From positions 1-21,407 of the forward strand of contig JBBDTI010000068.1 of assembly GCA_040904565.1 (NCBI GenBank): DNA of 21,407 nt, given 5' to 3'. The position numbers and the translations under genes were made by a program. Under the pieces are notes generated by a model. That model saw only the letters and a program-made list of their open reading frames with translations. It did no database searches and was not told the DNA's origin. Of this stretch, positions 8,429-16,087 are shown piece by piece (within the stretch, counting starts at the first letter, position 1; each line of letters opens with the position of its first letter). Source of the DNA: Rhodothermales bacterium (GTDB lineage: Bacteria; Bacteroidota; Rhodothermia; Rhodothermales; VXPQ01).

Positions 8429-9246
8429 ACGTCGTCCCATTTCTGATTCTCGAGTAGCTGGTTGGCCGGGACGTCGCCATGCCGCACGGCGGGGACACCG
8501 GCGTAGATGGTTCGCCCGGCGGCATCCTTCGTTAGCACGGCCCCCGCCGCGACGACGGCGTCGGGCTGGACCTCTTTCCCTGGCAGCACGACGGCTCCGA
8601 CGCCCAGCCTGGACCCGCGACGCAGGATGGCCCCCTTATAGTGTTCGAACCGCTCTTCCGTCCGTCCGAGATAGTTGTCGTTGCTCGTGAGCACGCCCGG
8701 CGCCACGAACACCCGATCCTCCACCGTCGAATAGGCGGCCAGGTAGACGTTGGTTTCCAGTTTGCAATATCTGCCGATCGAACACTTGTTTTCGATGGCA
8801 ACGCCCCGTCCAACGATGGTAAAATCCCCCACCTCGACCTCCTCGCGGATCGTCGCGAGATCCGCTACGAGGACGCCTTCTCCGATCCTGCTGCCGGCGT
8901 AGACGACGGCCCCCGCACCGATCAGGGAACGCCGACCGACGTGCGCCGGATCGTACCGCGCCGTCCGTGTGACGGCACTGTTGGCGGCCTTCATCGGCTG
9001 CTTCCCGATGACGGCACCGTCGTCGATGCGGACGCCGTCGCCGATGCGCGTGCCATCGTGAATGACGACGTGAGATCCGATCTCGCATCCTTCACCCATC
9101 CGGACGCCGCGCCCGATTACCGTGTAGTGTCCGATCCGGGTTTCGGCTCCGATCTCGGCATCCGGCTCGACGATGACGTGATGGCCGGTCGCTACGTTTT
9201 CACCCATCGTGGATGACTCGTCGATAACGTTCTGCTTACCCAACAT
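8425..9246 (-). CDS. Hexapeptide-repeat (left-handed beta-helix) N-acyltransferase, WbpD-like
   Basis: Many [LIV]-G-x4 hexapeptides (IGAETR IGHYTV IGRGVR MGEGCE IGSHVV), FVAPGVLTSNDNY, VAAGAVLTKD, YAGVPA. Start placed at ATG 9246 rather than the track's 9342. Confidence 0.88.
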   Translation of the reverse strand: MLGKQNVIDESSTMGENVATGHHVIVEPDAEIGAETRIGHYTVIGRGVRMGEGCEIGSHVVIHDGTRIGDGVRIDDGAVIGKQPMKAANSAVTRTARYDPAHVGRRSLIGAGAVVYAGSRIGEGVLVADLATIREEVEVGDFTIVGRGVAIENKCSIGRYCKLETNVYLAAYSTVEDRVFVAPGVLTSNDNYLGRTEERFEHYKGAILRRGSRLGVGAVVLPGKEVQPDAVVAAGAVLTKDAAGRTIYAGVPAVRHGDVPANQLLENQKWDDV

Positions 9247-9569
9247 GTTACGAGGTGGAGTAGATGGTACTGACAGTTGCGCCGTACAGTAAATATTCGA
9301 TCTGGAATCTTTTATAACAAACACATTGTAAACAGTTAACACAGCCCAATTAAGAGCGAATTCAGGCCCCGTTCATATTTTCGAATATAGAATGGTCCGC
9401 TCCTTCGGTCAGGGCGTACGAAAGGAATGGTTCAATTCGTTGTATGCGTTACAAGATCTACACACGAATGGCCGTTGCGTGTAACTTATTTGGCTGAGGA
9501 TGTATACATTCCATGCTCACGCCAACCCTTATTAATTACTGATTCAATACATAAATAGGAGAGAGCAAG
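9247..9569. promoter_or_regulatory. AT-rich divergent promoter region between the wbpD-like gene and the small basic protein gene
   Basis: Visibly AT-richer than the flanking genes; perfect 10-bp palindrome ATGTATACAT at 9500-9509; AGGAG before ATG 9570. No precise -35/-10 pair assigned. Confidence 0.5.
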
Positions 9570-9887
9570 ATGGCGAAACGTTCAGGAACAAAGAAAGCCG
9601 GTCAGTTCTCTTTCGAGGTCGTCTCAGAAGAGAAGGCACAGGAGGAACTATCCGAGCTTCGCAGTGGTCGGGGCGGTCGCGTATCCAAGTACGAACCGCT
9701 TGCGGATGCCGCTCAAAAGCTTTCGGGAGACAAGGTACTCAAAGTGAAGCTGGATAAGAATGAGGTCGGTGGCCTCCGCGGATACCTTCGCCGGCGCTTT
9801 GGGGAGAAATACACCGTCAAGTCGTCGAAGATCGATGGCGATGAATACATGGCGTTCGTGTTTTTGACACCTGAAGAAGCGAAGTAG
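9570..9887 (+). CDS. Small Lys/Arg-rich hypothetical protein (105 aa), possible nucleic-acid-binding protein
   Basis: AGGAG upstream, own terminator downstream, no overlapping gene, natural amino-acid composition, RSGRGGRVSKY motif. I recognise no family. Confidence 0.82.
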   Translation: MAKRSGTKKAGQFSFEVVSEEKAQEELSELRSGRGGRVSKYEPLADAAQKLSGDKVLKVKLDKNEVGGLRGYLRRRFGEKYTVKSSKIDGDEYMAFVFLTPEEAK

Positions 9888-9906
9888 TGCCGAAGAGCGG
9901 CCCGTC

Positions 9907-9983
9907 GATCACCCATCGACCGTCAGGATCACCCATCGACCGCCAGGATCACCCATCGATCATAAACAAAGATCATAAACAAA
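9907..9983. repeat. 20-bp tandem repeat (about 2.7 units) followed by a 13-bp duplication
   Basis: GATCACCCATCGACCG(T/C)CAG at 9907 and 9927, partial at 9947; GATCATAAACAAA at 9958 and 9971. Confidence 0.88.
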
Positions 9984-10020
9984 AAAGCCCGTGCTCCGGT
10001 GAAGAGCACGGGCTTTTTTT
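9981..10020. terminator. Bidirectional Rho-independent terminator
   Basis: AAAAAAGCCCGTGCTC-cggtgaa-GAGCACGGGCTTTTTTT: perfect stem flanked by an A tract and a T tract, between convergent genes. Confidence 0.92.
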
Positions 10021-10128
10021 AAGTCGGTCGTTTGGTCGAACGGTCACCTGGCAGCCTGCTGAAACTCACTGCTCGAAGCGGGCCGGAACAGAGCCGACGC
10101 CCGACTCACGCGATGTATCAACGGACCG

Positions 10129-10980
10129 CTAAAGTGTTTCGATGTAGTGCTCGGCCAGACTCTTGTAATTGCCGTATGTGGCATTCTGGAAGGACTCCTT
10201 CGCAGCGGCCGTCTCGCCGCTGTACATCAGCGCCTCGCCGCGGATGAAGTGGATCTTGGCCGCGTCGGTACGGCTGCCGCGATGCACTTCCAGGGCCTGA
10301 TCGGTTAGCGCGATGGCCTCGTCGTAGTTGCCGAGCGCGTTGTGCGCCACGGCGCGGTAGAAATACGTGTCGGCATCCGGCTCAAGTTGCTGTTCGAGCT
10401 CGTCGAGATATTCGAGAGCTTCGCGCGCATCCGACGCGGCCGGCTCGGCTCGCCGGCCCAGTGCGGACGAGGCGAGGAATACGTAGTAGTCGCGCAAGCC
10501 GGCCTGACCCTGTCGGAGAGCGTCGGCATTATTATTCTCCTCACCGAACGTGATGAGTTCCTGGTAGGCCGCAATGACGTCTTCCGGCTGGTCGAGCCCT
10601 TTCAGGGCGCGCGCCTTGCCAAGGTAATTATTGGCGTACTGTGGGAAGATCTCAATGCCGGAGTCAAAACGTTCGACGGCCTCTTGGTAGTTCTCGTTCT
10701 CGACGAGCTGCTTACCGAGATTGTAATCGATGATCGCCGCATTCCGCGCGGCGCGTTGGGCAATCTCGCTGTCGCCTTCCTGGGCGGCGAGTTCCGCGGC
10801 ACGCGCGAATTCGCCGTGTGCGGTCGCATAATCCTGACCCTGGGCAGCTTCGATCGCAGCGTTGTATGCTTCCTTATACTCCTGAGCGAGCGCTGGTGAA
10901 GCAGACAAGCCGCCAATCAGAACGGCCAGCAGTGCAAGGAGGGATACAGCGTTCACAGTTTTCATAGAGTTCACAGTCAT
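10129..10980 (-). CDS. Secreted/periplasmic tetratricopeptide-repeat protein
   Basis: Signal peptide ending ALA-Q. TPR-like helices YNLGKQLVENENYQEAVERFDSGIEIFP, YFYRAVAHNALGNYDEAIA and HFIRGEALMYSGETAAAKESF. The exact start (10980, 10974 or 10965) is uncertain. Confidence 0.87.
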   Translation of the reverse strand: MTVNSMKTVNAVSLLALLAVLIGGLSASPALAQEYKEAYNAAIEAAQGQDYATAHGEFARAAELAAQEGDSEIAQRAARNAAIIDYNLGKQLVENENYQEAVERFDSGIEIFPQYANNYLGKARALKGLDQPEDVIAAYQELITFGEENNNADALRQGQAGLRDYYVFLASSALGRRAEPAASDAREALEYLDELEQQLEPDADTYFYRAVAHNALGNYDEAIALTDQALEVHRGSRTDAAKIHFIRGEALMYSGETAAAKESFQNATYGNYKSLAEHYIETL

Positions 10981-11238
10981 CTCCTGTTATCGGGCTGTGG
11001 GTGGCTGAAACTAATCGTAATATCGTAGCCTTATCGATCGATGGATCGGAGCGAAGATCGCCCCCGGCAGCGAGAAACGTACTCGAGACGTCGATCCCTG
11101 ACACATCAATCTTTAAAAGCGATCTTTAAAAATTGACCGATTCCGGATAAACATCGTGATAAGATATAGAAGGATACAGGTCCGGTCGGAGGAGGGTTCC
11201 GGGCGATGTGTATCGAGATGCATCCCCGGAACGTCGTT

Positions 11239-11982
11239 CTAGAAGTTCGGAACCATGGCGTGCTCTCGATAAAACCCGTCGATAATTTCTACGGCTTCCA
11301 CGGGATCGTCAGTGAGCATGAAGAAGTCCAGATCTTCCGTAGAGATATTGCCTGCCGCGCATACGGATTGTTCGAGCCAGTCGACGGCGCCTTCCCAGAA
11401 CGACGTACCCATCAACACGACGGGGAATCGGGTAGACTTGCCCGTCTGGATGAGGGTCAGCGACTCGAAGAGCTCATCCATCGTCCCGTATCCGCCGGGC
11501 AGGACGATAAAGCCCATGGCGTATTTCACGAACATGACCTTGCGGACGAAGAAGAAGTTGAAGTCGATGTTTTTGTCCGGGTCGACGTACGCGTTGCTCT
11601 GCTGCTCGTGCGGAACGACGATGTTGAGTCCGATCGACATCCCGCCGGCATCTTGCGCGCCCTTGTTGGCCGCTTCCATGATGCCGGGACCGCCCCCCGT
11701 GATCACACCGAAATCCCGCTTGACGAGCTCGCGCCCGACCGCTTCTCCCATGGCATAATAGGGGTCGTCCGGCTTCGTGCGCGCGGATCCGAATACCGAC
11801 ACGCAGGGTCCGAGCTGGGCCAGCTTGTCGAACCCTTCGACGAATTCCGCCATGATCCGGAAGATGCGCCACATGTCGCGCGTGTTCCTCCGGTTCCACG
11901 CGAGCATTTCGCGATCGGACATCTTTCCGGCGGGCGTGACCTTCGGTTCGTCGTCTGATGGTTCAGGAATCTTGCCTGACAT
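11239..11982 (-). CDS. LOG-family (TIGR00730-type Rossmann-fold) nucleotide phosphoribohydrolase
   Basis: VSVFGSAR, ITGGGPGIMEAANKGA, FFFVRKVMFVKY and the signature PGGYGTMDELFE. Confidence 0.93.
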   Translation of the reverse strand: MSGKIPEPSDDEPKVTPAGKMSDREMLAWNRRNTRDMWRIFRIMAEFVEGFDKLAQLGPCVSVFGSARTKPDDPYYAMGEAVGRELVKRDFGVITGGGPGIMEAANKGAQDAGGMSIGLNIVVPHEQQSNAYVDPDKNIDFNFFFVRKVMFVKYAMGFIVLPGGYGTMDELFESLTLIQTGKSTRFPVVLMGTSFWEGAVDWLEQSVCAAGNISTEDLDFFMLTDDPVEAVEIIDGFYREHAMVPNF

Positions 11983-12403
11983 ATAGGTTCGATCTATTCG
12001 TGCATGTTCGACTCGAGTTGAGGAGCGTCTGACATACGCTCTACCTAAAGGGTACGATGCGCAACCCTAAAGAGAAACCGTCCGATCGCGAACGCGCGCC
12101 GACTGTGCACGCCCGTTCGCGAACGTCTGATCTCGATCACCTACCGATCGACGATCGTGCCCGACGATCGCAAACACTTCGATGCTACACCCCGACAACC
12201 CTCGCTAATTAACGAGAATAACGCACGGTGGACCTGGATAGCCGGTCGTCGCGTCCGCATCTTAGTAATGCATTTAAGCAATGCGTATTGCTGTTTGCCG
12301 GAACACCGCGTCGCTCCCGGTCCCGACGAACCCTACCACGTTTCGGTGATACCAAACACGCCCCGATGAACGCAACCACGAACGACAAACAGAACACGAC
12401 CCT

Positions 12404-13402
12404 ATGAAGCTCATCATACCCATGGCCGGCCGCGGGACGCGCGTACGGCCTCATTCGCACGTTACGCCGAAGCCGCTCCTTCACGTCAAGGGACGCAGCA
12501 TGGTGGAACGCATCGTGGATACGTTCAACCGCGTGCTGCCCACGAACCTCGAGGAAGGCGTATTCGTGTTGGGCCCGGATTTCGGAGACGACGTCTATGA
12601 GACGTTGCGAGAAATCTGCGCGCGGCACGGTATGTCCGCCCGTTTCGCCGTGCAGGAAACGGCGGAAGGCACGGCGCACGCCGTATTTGCTGCCGAGGCG
12701 CATCTGAGCGGGGACGGCATCGTGGTATTCGCCGATACGGTGTTCGACATGGAGCCGGGCGTCGACCTGGAAGGGTCCGACGTCGTGGCCTGGGTGAAGC
12801 ACGTGGACGACCCGAGCCGTTTCGGCGTGGCCGTCCGTGAGGGGGAGAAGATCGTCGAGCTCGTCGAGAAGCCGTCCGAACCCATCTCGACGGAGGCGCT
12901 CATCGGCATCTACTACGTGCGGGATCTGGCCGCCCTACGGACGGCCATCGCCGGGCTGATCGACGACGACGTTCGCGGCAAGGGGGGGGAGTATCAGCTG
13001 ACCGACGCCTTCGATCGCATGCTCAAGCAAGGCGACGTGTTCACCACGGCGTCGGTCACGGAGTGGCTGGACTGCGGGACGATCCCCGCGCTGAAAGATA
13101 CGACACGGCACATCCTGGAGAAGGAGCGGGACGACCTGCACCAGGGTGACGTCGAGAACAGCGTCGTGATAGATCCCGTCTACATCGGTCCGGGCGCACG
13201 CGTCGTCGACTCCGTCGTCGGTCCGCATGTGTCCATCGAAGCCGGTGCGACCGTCAATCGGTCCGTCCTGACGCGGACCATCGTATTTGCGGAGGCGCTC
13301 GTCGAGGGAGCCGTTCTCGACGATTCGATCGTCGGGCAGCACGCCCGTGTTACGCCGTCCGCCCGCGTCGTCAACGTGGGAGACCATTCGGAAGTCGGGT
13401 GA
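12404..13402 (+). CDS. Sugar-phosphate nucleotidyltransferase (glucose-1-phosphate thymidylyltransferase-like, with C-terminal LbH)
   Basis: IIPMAGRGTRVRP...PKPLL, GTAHAV, FAD, DPSRFGVA, VEKP, GEYQLTDA, WLDCGT, followed by beta-helix repeats. Confidence 0.9.
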   Translation: MKLIIPMAGRGTRVRPHSHVTPKPLLHVKGRSMVERIVDTFNRVLPTNLEEGVFVLGPDFGDDVYETLREICARHGMSARFAVQETAEGTAHAVFAAEAHLSGDGIVVFADTVFDMEPGVDLEGSDVVAWVKHVDDPSRFGVAVREGEKIVELVEKPSEPISTEALIGIYYVRDLAALRTAIAGLIDDDVRGKGGEYQLTDAFDRMLKQGDVFTTASVTEWLDCGTIPALKDTTRHILEKERDDLHQGDVENSVVIDPVYIGPGARVVDSVVGPHVSIEAGATVNRSVLTRTIVFAEALVEGAVLDDSIVGQHARVTPSARVVNVGDHSEVG

Positions 13403-13516
13403 GGGGACGGTGCGTTCCCGCCGTAGGCGTACGTGCCAGGTTCACCTCGTCCGGCCGCCCGATGCCTCCCGGACGCCCAGGTATCAGGCACGCATCCAGC
13501 ATATGACTGCCATCCC

Positions 13517-16087
13517 ATGAACGTTTTTCCCGAATCGAGCGAGAGCAAGCTGGGTTTCGACGCCCTGCGCCGCCGCCTGCGCGGCATGGTCCGCAGTCCG
13601 CTCGGAGAAGACCGGCTGGATGGGATGCGGATGTCGGGGGACGTGAACTGGATCCGGGAGGAGCTGGGACGCGTCGCGGAGCTGCAGGAGATTTTCGACT
13701 ACGACGACCCGCTGCCCCTGCGGCACGTGCTGGACGTGCGGGGCACGGTGCGACGAGCGACGCCGGAAGGAGCGATGCTGGATCCGGGCGAGCTCGTCGA
13801 GCTCCGGCGCGTCCTCATCACGCTTCGCCACCTGCACGCCTTCTTCGAAAGCCGGCGCGGGAGCTACGGCCGCCTGCACGACGTCGCCGCGCGCATCACG
13901 CCCGTCCCCGGGCTCGAACACGGCATCGAGAAGGTGGTCGACGACGACGGACACGTGCGGGACTCCGCCTCGCCGGAGCTGCAGCGGCTCCGGCGGCTTA
14001 TCATCCGCAAGCAGGCCAGCCTGCGGGAAGCACTGCAGGACGCGCTGCGCAGCGCCATGCGCGAAGGCCATGCCACGGAAGAGCAGCCGACGATCCGCAA
14101 CGGCCGGATGGTGATTCCCGTTCGCGCCGAAGCGAAGCGCAAGGTCCAGGGGTTCGTCCAGGACACGTCGTCGAGCGGTCAAACCGTCTACATCGAGCCG
14201 TCGGACTGCCTCGACCTGAACAATGAGGTGCGTGAGCTCGAGGGGGAGGAGCGGCGCGAGGTGGATCGCATCCTCCGGGAGGTTACGTCGGCCGTCCGCG
14301 TCCACGTTGAAGACATCCGAGAAGGTCTCCGCGCGCTGGCGGTGTTCGATCTACTGCAGGCCAAGGCCCGCTTTGCCAACGACCTGGATGCCGTCGTGCC
14401 CGATCTCAACGTCGAGGGCGTGATCGACATCATCGACGGCCGCAATCCGGTCCTCATGTTTCACTTCCGGGACCTCGGGGCGACCGCCCGGGATACCGCT
14501 GCGACCGCCCGGGATACCGCTGCGACAGCCCGGGATGCTGCTGCGAACGCCCGGGATGTCGTTCCGCTGAACCTCCGTCTCGGCGACGATTACAGAACGC
14601 TCGTTATCACCGGCCCGAACGCGGGCGGCAAGACGGTGGCCATGAAGACGGTCGGCCTCTTCGCGATGATGCTCGGTCACGGGCTGCCGGTGCCGGTGGA
14701 CGAGAAGTCGAGCTTCGGCATCTTTCAGCAGCTCTACGTCGACATCGGCGACGAGCAGTCGATCGAAGAGGATCTGTCCACCTTCAGCTCGCACGTGTCG
14801 AACCTGAAGACGATGCTGGCCAACGCGGGGAGCGATTCCCTCGTGCTCATCGATGAGGCGGGTACGGGCACGGATCCTGCCGAAGGCGGGGCGCTGGCGC
14901 AGGCGGTGCTGGAACGGCTTACCGAGCGGGATGCACGTACCATCGCGACGACGCACCACGGTACGCTCAAGGTATTCGCGCACGAGAAGGACGGCGTCGA
15001 GAACGGATCGATGGAGTTCGATCAGTCTACCCTGAGTCCGACCTACCGTTTCCAGCCGGGCATCCCCGGCTCCTCCTATGCTTTCGAGATCGCGCAGCGC
15101 ATCGGGCTCGACGAGACGATTCTCGAGCGTGCCCGCGAGCTCGTCGGCGAACAGAAGACCGCACTCGAAGAGCTGATCACGACGTTCGAGTCGCGCACGC
15201 AGGAGCTGGACGCGAAGCTGGCCGAGGCCGAGGACGTAGCGCGGCGTGCCCGCAACGCGCGGGACCAGTTCCGACGGAAGGCGGAAAAGCTGGATCGAGA
15301 ACGAGAGGCTATCCGACACCAGGCGCTCAAGGAAGCGGAGCGCATCGTCGGTGAGGCCAACGCGCGCATCGAAAAGACCATTCGCGAAATCAAGGAGGCG
15401 GAGGCCGAACGCGAGGCGACGAAAGGGGCGAGGGAGGAGCTCGCGTCGTTTCGGGAGGATCTGGACCAGCGGCTCGCCGAGCCGGAGTCGGAGTCCGACG
15501 TGGGATCCGAGCCGGCGTCCGAGTTTGACGGGCGATCCGAGAGGCCTGGCGCCGACTCCGAGCGGGTCGCACCGCGTCCCGGGCAGACGGCATCCGGCCC
15601 CGAACCGCCGGAGATGCCGAAACCGGTCGGCGGATCGATCGAGGTGGGGGACCAGGTCGTCCTCGATGACGGCTCGACCGCGGCGGAGGTGCTCGAGATC
15701 GAAGACGATGAGGCCGTCATCAGCCTGAACTCGATGCGCCTGCGTACCGCACTGGATCGCCTGCAGAAGGTCGGCGGAAAGCGCAAGCAGCAGGTGCAGC
15801 TCGGCACCGTGGAACAGAGTGGCGGAGAGATGACGGCGCTTACGGCCCGAAGCCGCATCGACCTGCGCGGCCGGCGCGTCCACGAGGCCATCGAGGAGGT
15901 CACGCGGCTCATCGACGAGGCGCTCGTGTCGAATCTCAGCGACATCGAGATACTCCACGGCAAAGGGACCGGTGCACTGCGACAGGCCATCCACGAGTAC
16001 CTGGCCGAACGGGAAGATGTCGTGTCGTTCGAAGAAGCGCCCTGGGATCAGGGCGGCGCCGGCGTTACGTACGTACATCTCTCCTGA
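13517..16087 (+). CDS. mutS2: Endonuclease MutS2
   Basis: SKLGFD N-terminus, DSASPEL, RNGRMVIPV, DTSSSGQTVYIEP, Walker A ITGPNAGGKT, DIGDEQSIEEDLSTFSSH, Walker B LIDEAGTGTDP, GIPGSSYAFEIA, a coiled coil, and the Smr domain IDLRGRRV...ILHGKGTGALR...GGAGVT. Start set at ATG 13517. Confidence 0.96.
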   Translation: MNVFPESSESKLGFDALRRRLRGMVRSPLGEDRLDGMRMSGDVNWIREELGRVAELQEIFDYDDPLPLRHVLDVRGTVRRATPEGAMLDPGELVELRRVLITLRHLHAFFESRRGSYGRLHDVAARITPVPGLEHGIEKVVDDDGHVRDSASPELQRLRRLIIRKQASLREALQDALRSAMREGHATEEQPTIRNGRMVIPVRAEAKRKVQGFVQDTSSSGQTVYIEPSDCLDLNNEVRELEGEERREVDRILREVTSAVRVHVEDIREGLRALAVFDLLQAKARFANDLDAVVPDLNVEGVIDIIDGRNPVLMFHFRDLGATARDTAATARDTAATARDAAANARDVVPLNLRLGDDYRTLVITGPNAGGKTVAMKTVGLFAMMLGHGLPVPVDEKSSFGIFQQLYVDIGDEQSIEEDLSTFSSHVSNLKTMLANAGSDSLVLIDEAGTGTDPAEGGALAQAVLERLTERDARTIATTHHGTLKVFAHEKDGVENGSMEFDQSTLSPTYRFQPGIPGSSYAFEIAQRIGLDETILERARELVGEQKTALEELITTFESRTQELDAKLAEAEDVARRARNARDQFRRKAEKLDREREAIRHQALKEAERIVGEANARIEKTIREIKEAEAEREATKGAREELASFREDLDQRLAEPESESDVGSEPASEFDGRSERPGADSERVAPRPGQTASGPEPPEMPKPVGGSIEVGDQVVLDDGSTAAEVLEIEDDEAVISLNSMRLRTALDRLQKVGGKRKQQVQLGTVEQSGGEMTALTARSRIDLRGRRVHEAIEEVTRLIDEALVSNLSDIEILHGKGTGALRQAIHEYLAEREDVVSFEEAPWDQGGAGVTYVHLS
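14480..14563 (+). repeat. In-frame 21-bp tandem repeat (4 units) inside mutS2
   Basis: GCGACCGCCCGGGATACCGCT twice, then two diverged units; encodes ATARDTA-ATARDTA-ATARDAA-ANARDVV. Confidence 0.92.

Noticed and set aside
9887-10247. ORFs 9887..10132 and 10032..10247
   Set aside because: The first reads through tandem repeats and a terminator, and the second overlaps the TPR gene antisense; neither looks protein-like.
12157-12369. 70-aa ORF in the LOG-nucleotidyltransferase spacer
   Set aside because: GTG start without an RBS, no motif, and it crosses probable regulatory palindromes.
14351-16078. 575-aa and 304-aa minus-strand ORFs
   Set aside because: Antisense shadows of mutS2.
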